Source: Candidatus Micrarchaeota archaeon (GTDB taxonomy: Archaea > Micrarchaeota > Micrarchaeia > CABMEP01). From it: a stretch of 64,000 nt of DNA. The position numbers and the translations under genes were made by a program. The stretch lies in NCBI GenBank assembly GCA_964358895.1, contig CAYHPR010000001.1:9218-73217 (forward strand). Reading direction: 5' to 3'. The notes below the pieces were generated by a model. It had not been told where the DNA came from and made no database searches. It was given only the letters and a program-made list of their open reading frames with translations. Below, in pieces: positions 18,282 to 24,802 of the stretch (position 1 is the stretch's first letter; every line of letters begins with the position of its first letter).

Positions 18282-18403
18282 TGGGGCCGTCGAGAATTTC
18301 GTAGGCACAACCCATATGTCCAATTTCGAACTCGAGTCGCCACCATTTTGGCGTTGGTGTTAAGTCCCCAAGGTGGAAGCATACCAGGCTAGCCCACGGC
18401 CCC
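18282..18403 (-). tRNA. tRNA-Pro(GGG) with two introns (20 nt at 37/38 and 29 nt at 59/60)
   Basis: Hand-folded. Acceptor GGGGCCG/CGGCCCC, D-loop AGCCUGGUA, anticodon stem CCACC/GGUGG with loop UUGGGG|intron|U. T-stem UCGAG/CUCGA whose loop becomes the canonical UUCGAAU only after removing a 29-nt insert flanked by duplicated CGAAAU. Mature length is 72 nt. The D-stem has one U-U mismatch. Confidence 0.55.
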
Positions 18404-18416
18404 TTTCATCATAAAT

Positions 18417-18614
18417 TTAATGTGACTTATACGCAATCACTTCATCTACAATATCGAGATGTGAGATAAACATTCTTCTGCAGCAGTATCTCTTGCATCC
18501 TAATTCATCCAGTGCTGCGCCTATCTTCTTTCCATTCTTAATTTTTTCTTGATATTCTTCAAATTTGTCAGCCACAAGGGCACCACATGTAAAACATCTT
18601 ATCGGAGGCATCAT
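18417..18614 (-). CDS. rpoN: DNA-directed RNA polymerase subunit N (Rpb10 homolog)
   Basis: MMPPIRCFTCG...CKRYCCRRM zinc-binding motif and 65-aa length. Confidence 0.85.
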   Translation of the reverse strand: MMPPIRCFTCGALVADKFEEYQEKIKNGKKIGAALDELGCKRYCCRRMFISHLDIVDEVIAYKSH

Positions 18615-18627
18615 AGTAAATCACCAT

Positions 18628-18876
18628 TTAAACAGATACAATATTATCTTTCTTACTCTGACTCGGCATAGAAGTCATCTCTGAATCAAATAACTGACTT
18701 AATTTTTTAGTTTTCTTTTGTTGAGCAAGTTGAGCAGAAAAAAATTTCATAAACTCTGCAGAGGATACGCGTAGTATCTCGATTCGACCTCTTGAGTTAG
18801 GTTTAATTTTACCTAAACTGTTCTCGATTTGTCTAGTTTTTAGATTTAATCTTCCCATTTTATCACACAATAACAT
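18628..18876 (-). CDS. hypothetical K-rich small protein (about 80 aa; start uncertain)
   Basis: Only one open frame across the S9-rpoN spacer. No match to RpoK (no ARIIGARALQ/GAP motif). Could be non-coding. Confidence 0.2.
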   Translation of the reverse strand: MLLCDKMGRLNLKTRQIENSLGKIKPNSRGRIEILRVSSAEFMKFFSAQLAQQKKTKKLSQLFDSEMTSMPSQSKKDNIVSV

Positions 18877-18877
18877 A

Positions 18878-19480
18878 TTAACGGTAACTCTTCTGGAATC
18901 TTGCTCTTGCTTTTCTTCCTTTGTACTTCTTCGGTTCAACTCTTCTTACATCTTCGACAAGCATATAACGATCATACTGTAAAAATCTCTGTTTCAACGT
19001 GCTGTCCTTAGTGTAAAGGACTAAAGCTCGTGCTATTGCAGTTCTGGCTGCTTGTGCTTGAGAAAATGACCCTCCACCAACTACATTCACTTCAATATCA
19101 ACTGCAGATACGTAATCATTAGCAACTTTCATTGGTTCAAGAACAATCGCTTTAACATAAGGATTTTGTATGGCATCAACATGAAGCTTATTGTATCTGA
19201 AAACTGATTTCCCTGGCTTGATAGTTGCTCTTGCAGTTGATTCTTTTCTTGTTGCAGATATGCTCACAATTTTCTTTGCTGCTCTTTTTTTCTTTCTCTT
19301 CTCAGCAGCTTCTGCTTTCTCTACTTCAGTTTTCCCTGCAGATACAGGCAGTGCAGGTGTTTTTGAAGAAACTTGCGTAGCTTGAGTTGTCATAGTCATC
19401 ATCGTCGTAGCTGTTCCAGTAGAACCAGCTGGTGTAACTGTTTGCATTTCTGCTTCAATTTCATCTTTACGCTTGGCCAT
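18878..19480 (-). CDS. rps9: 30S ribosomal protein S9 (uS9) with about 65-aa Thr/Ala/Lys-rich N-terminal extension
   Basis: C-terminal ...KKYKGRKARARFQKSYR and core KKIVSISATRKESTARATIKPG. An AGGT SD precedes the ATG at 19480. Confidence 0.85.
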   Translation of the reverse strand: MAKRKDEIEAEMQTVTPAGSTGTATTMMTMTTQATQVSSKTPALPVSAGKTEVEKAEAAEKRKKKRAAKKIVSISATRKESTARATIKPGKSVFRYNKLHVDAIQNPYVKAIVLEPMKVANDYVSAVDIEVNVVGGGSFSQAQAARTAIARALVLYTKDSTLKQRFLQYDRYMLVEDVRRVEPKKYKGRKARARFQKSYR

Positions 19481-19904
19481 GGTACCAACCTAATTCTCTG
19501 CATAAATCTTTAATAACTATGAATTTTCTGTGTGCCTTAACTTCTGATTCTTCCTTGATTTCATCTGGATTCATTTTGCTCTTAATCTCGTCTGGAACGC
19601 CCATATATACTCGAAGTCGACTATGCGCTATCTTACCTCTTGGTCTGTCAAATGGCAGCATTCCTCTCACGATTCGGTTAACCAACATGTCTGGTCTTCG
19701 AGGCCAGTGTGGAGAATTCTGAGGATTTGCCTTGTTTTTGACAGCTCTTCGAGCTTTATACCTATCAACAGTCGACCTTGGATCTCCGCTGATAACTGCA
19801 TTCTCTGCGTTAACAATTGCAACTTCCTCTCCGTTAAGTAAAGCTTTAGCAGCACGTGATGCAACACGTCCCAAAACTCTGTTGTCTGCGTCAATTACCA
19901 ACAT
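19467..19904 (-). CDS. rpl13: 50S ribosomal protein L13 (uL13)
   Basis: MLVIDADNRVLGRVASRAAKALLNGEEV... The start is trimmed to the Met preceded by an SD. Confidence 0.85.
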   Translation of the reverse strand: MLVIDADNRVLGRVASRAAKALLNGEEVAIVNAENAVISGDPRSTVDRYKARRAVKNKANPQNSPHWPRRPDMLVNRIVRGMLPFDRPRGKIAHSRLRVYMGVPDEIKSKMNPDEIKEESEVKAHRKFIVIKDLCRELGWYHGQA

Positions 19905-19965
19905 ATTATCCTCGACATATAATAACAATACACAATCAATTCAGATCTATAATCATTTCGTCTAA

Positions 19966-20319
19966 TCACACTAACAGAATAACGTCTTTTGGTCCACGTT
20001 CAGTCAACCATTTGAAATCATGCATTTTTGCACCGGCGGATTTAATTTTCTTTGCTGCTTCTTCAGTCGCAGACAATGCAACAATATCGACCGGATGCTT
20101 AAGTTCACCATCACCAAGAACTTTTCCTGGGATAACTACGACTGAATTTGGTTTTGAATACAAGTCTATTTTTCTTAGATTAACACCTTTTCTCTTTCTT
20201 CTTGGAACTGCTATCATCTTCGATAACATTACAAACAACTTTGCTTTTTTGTTTGCTCTTAACATCTTGATGGTTTCGATTGTACTTTTAATTTCCGTGC
20301 CTTTTCTCATATTTCTCAT
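19966..20319 (-). CDS. rpl18e: 50S ribosomal protein L18e
   Basis: PRRKRKGVNLRKIDLY...VVVIPGKVLGDG pattern. Start trimmed because the ORF-track N-terminus runs through a palindromic promoter element. Confidence 0.75.
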   Translation of the reverse strand: MRNMRKGTEIKSTIETIKMLRANKKAKLFVMLSKMIAVPRRKRKGVNLRKIDLYSKPNSVVVIPGKVLGDGELKHPVDIVALSATEEAAKKIKSAGAKMHDFKWLTERGPKDVILLV

Positions 20320-20320
20320 C

Positions 20321-20342
20321 GGAACTTTTAGAAAAAAGTTCC
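20321..20342. promoter_or_regulatory. palindromic BRE/TATA-like element GGAACTTTTagaAAAAGTTCC immediately upstream of L18e
   Basis: 22-bp perfect inverted repeat with a T/A-rich centre. A member of a recurring family (see the findings). Confidence 0.45.
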
Positions 20343-20431
20343 ACAAAACTTTTCATTTTATTTAATTCTTTGATGAACCTTTTGTTCTTGTTTTACTATA
20401 TACTTTGATCGAACTTTTGTTAAAGTTCGAA

Positions 20432-20517
20432 TGCAGGGAGTGGGATTTGAACCCACGCAGCCACTACGACACCAACCCCTCAAGCTGGCGCATTTGACCA
20501 GACTCTGCCATCCCTGC
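20432..20517 (-). tRNA. tRNA-Leu(GAG), class II with long variable arm
   Basis: Acceptor GCAGGGA/UCCCUGC, anticodon stem CCAGC/GUUGG with loop UUGAGGG, variable arm UGUCGUAGUGGCUGCG, T-arm UGGGUUCAAAUCCCA. A GAACTTTtgttAAAGTTC hairpin lies just 3' of it (20411-20428). Confidence 0.85.
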
Positions 20518-20531
20518 GGCTTGATATAACA

Positions 20532-21110
20532 TTAAGCTTCTTGCTTTTCTAAAAGCTTTTCTATCTCTTCCGCTCTCGATTTAATTTGTGAGATGGCATT
20601 TGAGAGGATATCTTCGGCGTCCATTTGGCCGTATGATTCTATTACAAATCTGAATGTACCTTCTGTATCGTATCCATATGATATAATACCTGGCTGGTGT
20701 CGCGCATGCGTCTTAGCTGTACCGAGTACTGCTTTCGCTTCTACACGCAGCCTTTGACCATCACTTAATTTTATTATTGGGATCTTATCAGAAACGGGTT
20801 TAACTGCTTTATCAGTTGATTTCATATTCTCACTGTAAACAGTTGTTGGTCCTTCTGCGTCAATCATTAATGTAACTTCGGTGTCTTCTTTTATCTTCGA
20901 AGGAGTTGTCAATGGGATAAGCCCGAGCCTGTGTGAGATATATTCATCAAAAAACGAAGACGTATTCTCATAAAAGGATGTCTCAGTTATCGCAAGAGTT
21001 GGAATCTCGCTAATTGCATAACGTCTAACAAGATTTGCAAGCTCAAGCGGTGCATCGCTCAATGTGAATTTAAGTTCCTTATCAGTCTTTGATTCAATTT
21101 CAATCTTCAT
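20532..21110 (-). CDS. rpoD: DNA-directed RNA polymerase subunit D (Rpb3 homolog), short form without Fe-S domain
   Basis: 192 aa with N-terminal ...LANLVRRYAISEIPTLAI... dimerisation-domain pattern. Confidence 0.75.
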   Translation of the reverse strand: MKIEIESKTDKELKFTLSDAPLELANLVRRYAISEIPTLAITETSFYENTSSFFDEYISHRLGLIPLTTPSKIKEDTEVTLMIDAEGPTTVYSENMKSTDKAVKPVSDKIPIIKLSDGQRLRVEAKAVLGTAKTHARHQPGIISYGYDTEGTFRFVIESYGQMDAEDILSNAISQIKSRAEEIEKLLEKQEA

Positions 21111-21121
21111 ACAAAATCACC

Positions 21122-21143
21122 GAAACTTTTTAGAAAAAAGTTT
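21122..21143. promoter_or_regulatory. palindromic BRE/TATA-like element GAAACTTTTTagAAAAAAGTTT upstream of rpoD
   Basis: Centre lies about 23 nt upstream of the rpoD ATG, consistent with a leaderless transcript. Confidence 0.45.
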
Positions 21144-21164
21144 AATCAAAATTTCAATCATTAA

Positions 21165-21689
21165 TTAAACTCTTCGTCCTCTTCTTCCACCTGGTCTTTT
21201 AGTTGTATCTGTTGGAACAGGCGTGACATCCTCAATTCTTTCTATTCTCAAACCAGATCTTGCCAGTGCTCTCACAACTGATTGTGCACCAGGTCCTGGT
21301 GTCTTTTCACCGTGTCCACCTGGGGCACGAATTTTAACACGAATTCTTGTAATCCCTTTCCTGACTGCGACTTCTGCTGCCTTAAACGCTGCCTGCATAG
21401 CAGCATATGGTGATCCTTCTTCTCTATCTTGATCAACGACCATTCCACCACTTGCTCGTGAAATGATTTCTGCACCGGTCAAATCAGTTATTGTAATGAT
21501 CGTATTGTTTCTTGATGAAAAAACGTGTGCGACTCCGACACGTCCACTAGTTGCTGAACGAAGTACTGAGGTTGGTCTGCCCATTCCTCCTCTTCGCATG
21601 CCGCCGCCTCTGAAGCCTCCTTGGCCTTCTCTTCGCTCGCCTCTCTCTCCATCCTTTCCAAAGCTTTTTCGTTGGTTATCTTCAGCCAT
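21165..21689 (-). CDS. rps11: 30S ribosomal protein S11 (uS11) with Gly/Arg-rich (RGG-like) N-terminal extension
   Basis: Core ...[35 protein letters not shown]... The N-terminal segment is [23 protein letters not shown]. Confidence 0.85.
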   Translation of the reverse strand: MAEDNQRKSFGKDGERGERREGQGGFRGGGMRRGGMGRPTSVLRSATSGRVGVAHVFSSRNNTIITITDLTGAEIISRASGGMVVDQDREEGSPYAAMQAAFKAAEVAVRKGITRIRVKIRAPGGHGEKTPGPGAQSVVRALARSGLRIERIEDVTPVPTDTTKRPGGRRGRRV

Positions 21690-21709
21690 AAATATCACAA
21701 ATTAAATCA

Positions 21710-22312
21710 TTACGCTTCTGTTGCAGCCTCTTCGGTTGCTTCGGCAACTTCACTAGTAGTTGCAGTAACGGTACCTTGTTTACCAATTGACTCAATTACT
21801 TTCGAGATTTTTTCTTCACTTTTTGTTTTTTGTTCTAGAGTTATTGGTTTGTAATAAGCAATCTTATCCTCTTTGTCAACTGACATAAGATAAGATGGCG
21901 CAGATACTTTTCTTCCACCAATTGAAATAAAACCGTGAACAATTAATTGTCGTGCTTGACCAATAGAATTTGCAAGACCTCTTCGAAAAACTATTGTCTG
22001 AAGTCTTCTTTCAAGGATATTCCTAGTATTAAGAGTAAGTAAATCATCCACTGTTGCAGTTGGAGTAGCATAACCTAATTTAATGGCACGCTGTAAAAGT
22101 GCGTTTGTCTTTTCGATACCTTTCACGCCCAAACTTAGAAGATCTCTGTACTGTGTTCTTATCTTTCTCAGTTGAGCCTTAGCTAGCCATACCTCACGAA
22201 TGTTTTTGAGACCGTATTCCCTAACGAAACCGCCTTCTTCAGCTATTCTTTCGTCGTCCCAAAGTACTTGAGGAACTGCATACTTTTTCCTTAATCTTCT
22301 TGGATCTCCCAT
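21710..22312 (-). CDS. rps4: 30S ribosomal protein S4 (uS4)
   Basis: MGDPRRLRKKYAVPQVLWDDERIAEEGGFVREYGLKNIREVWLAKAQLRKIR.. with a C-terminal T/E/A-rich tail. Confidence 0.85.
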   Translation of the reverse strand: MGDPRRLRKKYAVPQVLWDDERIAEEGGFVREYGLKNIREVWLAKAQLRKIRTQYRDLLSLGVKGIEKTNALLQRAIKLGYATPTATVDDLLTLNTRNILERRLQTIVFRRGLANSIGQARQLIVHGFISIGGRKVSAPSYLMSVDKEDKIAYYKPITLEQKTKSEEKISKVIESIGKQGTVTATTSEVAEATEEAATEA

Positions 22313-22419
22313 AACAACAACCTACAGTTTTTGTATTTCCTAGCAATTTATTTACTACGGTTTTTATTATCTCCTAGACATTTTTTACTACAGTTTTATC
22401 TAGTCGTTATTTATGATCA
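22313..22419 (-). repeat. S13-S4 intercistronic spacer with three tandem copies of the conserved leader element (mRNA sense CUAGGAAAUACAAAAACUGUAGGUUGUUGUU-AUG)
   Basis: Copies at 22313-22343, 22355-22377 and 22388-22403. The same element precedes L15, L5, S4e, L2, L23 and L4. Confidence 0.5.
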
Positions 22420-23049
22420 TTATTTCTTCTTTTCTGCTGCTGGTGCGGCTGCAGGCGCCTTTGCTGCTGGAGCTGCGGCTCCTGCGGCTGGTGCCTTTGC
22501 TGCTGCTGGACCTGGCTTTGCATCTGCTTTCTTCGCAGCTGCTGCAGCTTCTTTAAGCTTAGAACGTGCTACTCCGACAGTCAATCCACTTCGGCCAGAT
22601 GTTCTTGTTCCCTGACCTCTAACTTTCTGACCATAAGCGTGCCTGTATCCGCGCCATGTATAAATATTTTTTTCATATTCGATATCCTGTTTGACAGAGA
22701 ATGTGAGATCGTTACCTACAAGATGCACGTCTTTTCCACTTTCGTGATCTTTCCTTCGGTTATTTAGGTAGGATGGAACCCCAAATTCAGCGGGAGATTT
22801 TACTATTCGCTCTATCTCATCAATCTGCTCTTCGGAAAGACGTCCAATAGGTGTGTTAAGCGGTACGGTCAGTTTACTTGATACGATCTTAGAATAGATC
22901 GGAGCTAGGCGCATACCTACTCCTTTAATGTTTCTGAGAGCTCTCGAAAGCTGCATTGTACCCTTTACGTCTCTACCTACGAGGTGTACAATTCCTCTAA
23001 GCTCTTCTTTTTGCCCACTTTCTTGGATGTCTTCAGGTTTCTTAGCCAT
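22420..23049 (-). CDS. rps13: 30S ribosomal protein S13 (uS13) with about 60-aa Ala/Pro/Lys-rich C-terminal tail
   Basis: Core GIVHLVGRDVKGTMQLSRALRNIKGVG... The tail is AAAAAKKADAKPGPAAAKAPAAGAAAPAAKAPAAAPAAEKKK. Confidence 0.85.
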   Translation of the reverse strand: MAKKPEDIQESGQKEELRGIVHLVGRDVKGTMQLSRALRNIKGVGMRLAPIYSKIVSSKLTVPLNTPIGRLSEEQIDEIERIVKSPAEFGVPSYLNNRRKDHESGKDVHLVGNDLTFSVKQDIEYEKNIYTWRGYRHAYGQKVRGQGTRTSGRSGLTVGVARSKLKEAAAAAKKADAKPGPAAAKAPAAGAAAPAAKAPAAAPAAEKKK

Positions 23050-23176
23050 TATTTCACATAAAATGCAATATACACTCTGTTATCTTAGTTCAAACTAAGA
23101 GAATAGATAATATAAAAGGGTAAACAACCTTTTAAATGTTTGCCATCTTGAAACTTAGTTTGTACTAAATACAGAA

Positions 23177-23896
23177 TTATTTACTCTTAGCAAAATCGCC
23201 ACCTAATGAAGGAACAGACTCAGAATAAAACATAGGTTCCGCAATTTTCCAGATTATGTCAGTGGTCTCTTCAACAGAGATTCTTTCATTATTTCGGATG
23301 CAATCTATGCGTTTCCAGTTTTTATAATGATCCGCCAACCATTTGTAACAATTTTCAGTATCGATCAGATGGGCTGCATTTTGTTCATGTAAATCTCTTA
23401 CTCTACGCTCGCCTTCCATAGCTTTTATCGTCCACTCCACAGGCAAATATAAGTAGATAACAAGATCCGACTCAGGAAGTCCCATTTCTTCGATTTCAAG
23501 CTTGCGTATCCACTCGACCATCTCACGCACTTGTTGCTCTCCTTTCCTCCAAAATTTTCCACCTTGATGTGCCATATTCGATTCAGTATATCGATCCAGG
23601 ATAATAGTTTTACCTTCGTTTAACCAATTCATCATGAGCGGCTTTACACTCAGTCTGTCTTCTGCATATAACTTTGCTATGTATTTAGTATCGACTTCAT
23701 CAAGTGAACCTAATTTACCGTTAAGGTAATCTTTTATTTTTTGGCCCGTTGGTGTGCCATATCTTGGAAAACTCAAGGTTTCTACTTTCAAACCTTTTGA
23801 TAGAGCTCTTTCAAAAATTAGTTTAGTCTGTGTCTTTTTGCCGGATCCGTCAGACCCTTCGATAACTATGATTTTACCTCGATTATTTACTAACAT
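23177..23896 (-). CDS. tmk: thymidylate kinase (dTMP kinase) with extended C-terminus
   Basis: P-loop IVIEGSDGSGKKTQ, DRYTESNMAHQG (DRY motif) and LID-region arginines. Start set to Met15 of ORF 23177..23938. Confidence 0.7.
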   Translation of the reverse strand: MLVNNRGKIIVIEGSDGSGKKTQTKLIFERALSKGLKVETLSFPRYGTPTGQKIKDYLNGKLGSLDEVDTKYIAKLYAEDRLSVKPLMMNWLNEGKTIILDRYTESNMAHQGGKFWRKGEQQVREMVEWIRKLEIEEMGLPESDLVIYLYLPVEWTIKAMEGERRVRDLHEQNAAHLIDTENCYKWLADHYKNWKRIDCIRNNERISVEETTDIIWKIAEPMFYSESVPSLGGDFAKSK

Positions 23897-23944
23897 ATAG
23901 CCTCCCTTGTAAAGGAAGATAAGGAACTTTATAAACATTCATGT

Positions 23945-24652
23945 TTGGAAACAAATATGGCAAAAATTGATAGCATAGTCAAAACACTTAGAAAGATGTA
24001 CCCGAACGAATTCCATGGCACGATAATTCATTACAAACCTTTTCCAATTTTGATTGGTACAATCTTATCACATCAGACTCCGGACCCAAGAACAATTAAA
24101 GCAGAAAAAAGACTATTTGCTATTTATACAACACCAGAACAGATAGCTAACGCGCCTGTTTCGAAGATAAAAGAACTAATCAAACCAGTCGGGATATACA
24201 ACATAAAGGCAAAACGCCTCAAACAGGTTTGCAGTATCTTGGTTGAAAAATACGGAGGAAAAGTACCAAGAGATTATAATGAACTTCTAAAACTACCAGG
24301 AGTTGGCAGGAAGACAGCAAATATTGTTTTCACTTATGCATTTGGAAAATCTGATTTAATAGCTGTTGACGTTCATGTTAACAGGATTTCAAATAGACTT
24401 GGAATAGTAAAAACAAAAACCCCAGAAAAAACTGAATTTGCACTTTACAAAGCTGTACCGAAGAAGTATTGGAGAGATGTAAATGAACTGATGGTTCAAC
24501 ATGGCCAAACTATTTGTGCAGCAAAACCAAAATGCTACAAATGCGACTTGAGACCTTACTGTGATTACTACCAAAAAGTTATCAAACCAAAAAAGATTCC
24601 TGGCAGCTTTACGCCGCCTAAAAATAAGAAAAGCGCAGAGAGCGAGATTTGA
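23945..24652 (+). CDS. nth: endonuclease III (HhH-GPD DNA glycosylase/AP lyase, 4Fe-4S)
   Basis: HhH LLKLPGVGRKTANIV, catalytic Lys/Asp region, and the Cx6Cx2Cx5C cluster CAAKPKCYKCDLRPYC. The true start may be MAKIDS at 23957, 24 nt downstream of a TTTATAAA box. Confidence 0.85.
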   Translation: METNMAKIDSIVKTLRKMYPNEFHGTIIHYKPFPILIGTILSHQTPDPRTIKAEKRLFAIYTTPEQIANAPVSKIKELIKPVGIYNIKAKRLKQVCSILVEKYGGKVPRDYNELLKLPGVGRKTANIVFTYAFGKSDLIAVDVHVNRISNRLGIVKTKTPEKTEFALYKAVPKKYWRDVNELMVQHGQTICAAKPKCYKCDLRPYCDYYQKVIKPKKIPGSFTPPKNKKSAESEI

Positions 24653-24769
24653 ACTCGCAAGGCCCTTGCGGACCACCAGCTTTCAAGGAACCTCTTGAAA
24701 GAGGTTCGTCGAGAATCTCATTCTAAAATTTTTCCAGGCTGGCGCACTACCAGATTATGCGATCTCTGC
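24634..24769 (-). tRNA. tRNA-Ser(GGA), class II, with 50-nt intron at 37/38
   Basis: Acceptor GCAGAGA/UCUCUGC, D-stem GCAU/GUGC with loop AAUCUGGUA, anticodon stem CCAGC/GCUGG with loop CUGGAA|intron|A, variable arm GGUCC-GCAA-GGGCC, T-arm GCGAG-UUCAAAU-CUCGC. The intron contains the hairpin GAACCUCUUUCAAGAGGUUC. The 3' end overlaps the last 19 nt of nth on the opposite strand. Confidence 0.7.
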
Positions 24770-24802
24770 ACAAATAATAGAAGGATGTGAATCTTATTAT
24801 TG

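Noticed and set aside
18283-18403. Reading the GGGGCCG...CGGCCCC segment as a plus-strand tRNA or as a single-intron tRNA
   Set aside because: On the plus strand, position 9 onward gives no D-arm. On the minus strand a single anticodon-loop intron leaves a 36-nt T-loop. Only the two-intron minus-strand model gives a canonical cloverleaf.
18628-18939. 103-aa ORF as a candidate RpoK
   Set aside because: It has no RpoK/Rpb6 signature (ARIIGARALQ, GAP). The first 20 codons overlap the rps9 3' end. Kept only as a low-confidence hypothetical.
20318-20346. ORF-track N-termini MWNFFLKVP (L18e) and MIELFVKVQVIE (L14e), and the MIFM-type starts on S11, L19e, L32e and L29
   Set aside because: These are read-through of the promoter palindromes or of the GTGATATTT SD by GTG/TTG pseudo-starts. 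The true starts are the downstream ATGs.
22331-22615. 94-aa Ala-rich ORF on the plus strand
   Set aside because: It is the antisense of the S13 Ala/Pro/Lys tail codons (GCN-rich on both strands). It is fully contained in rps13 and has no start context.
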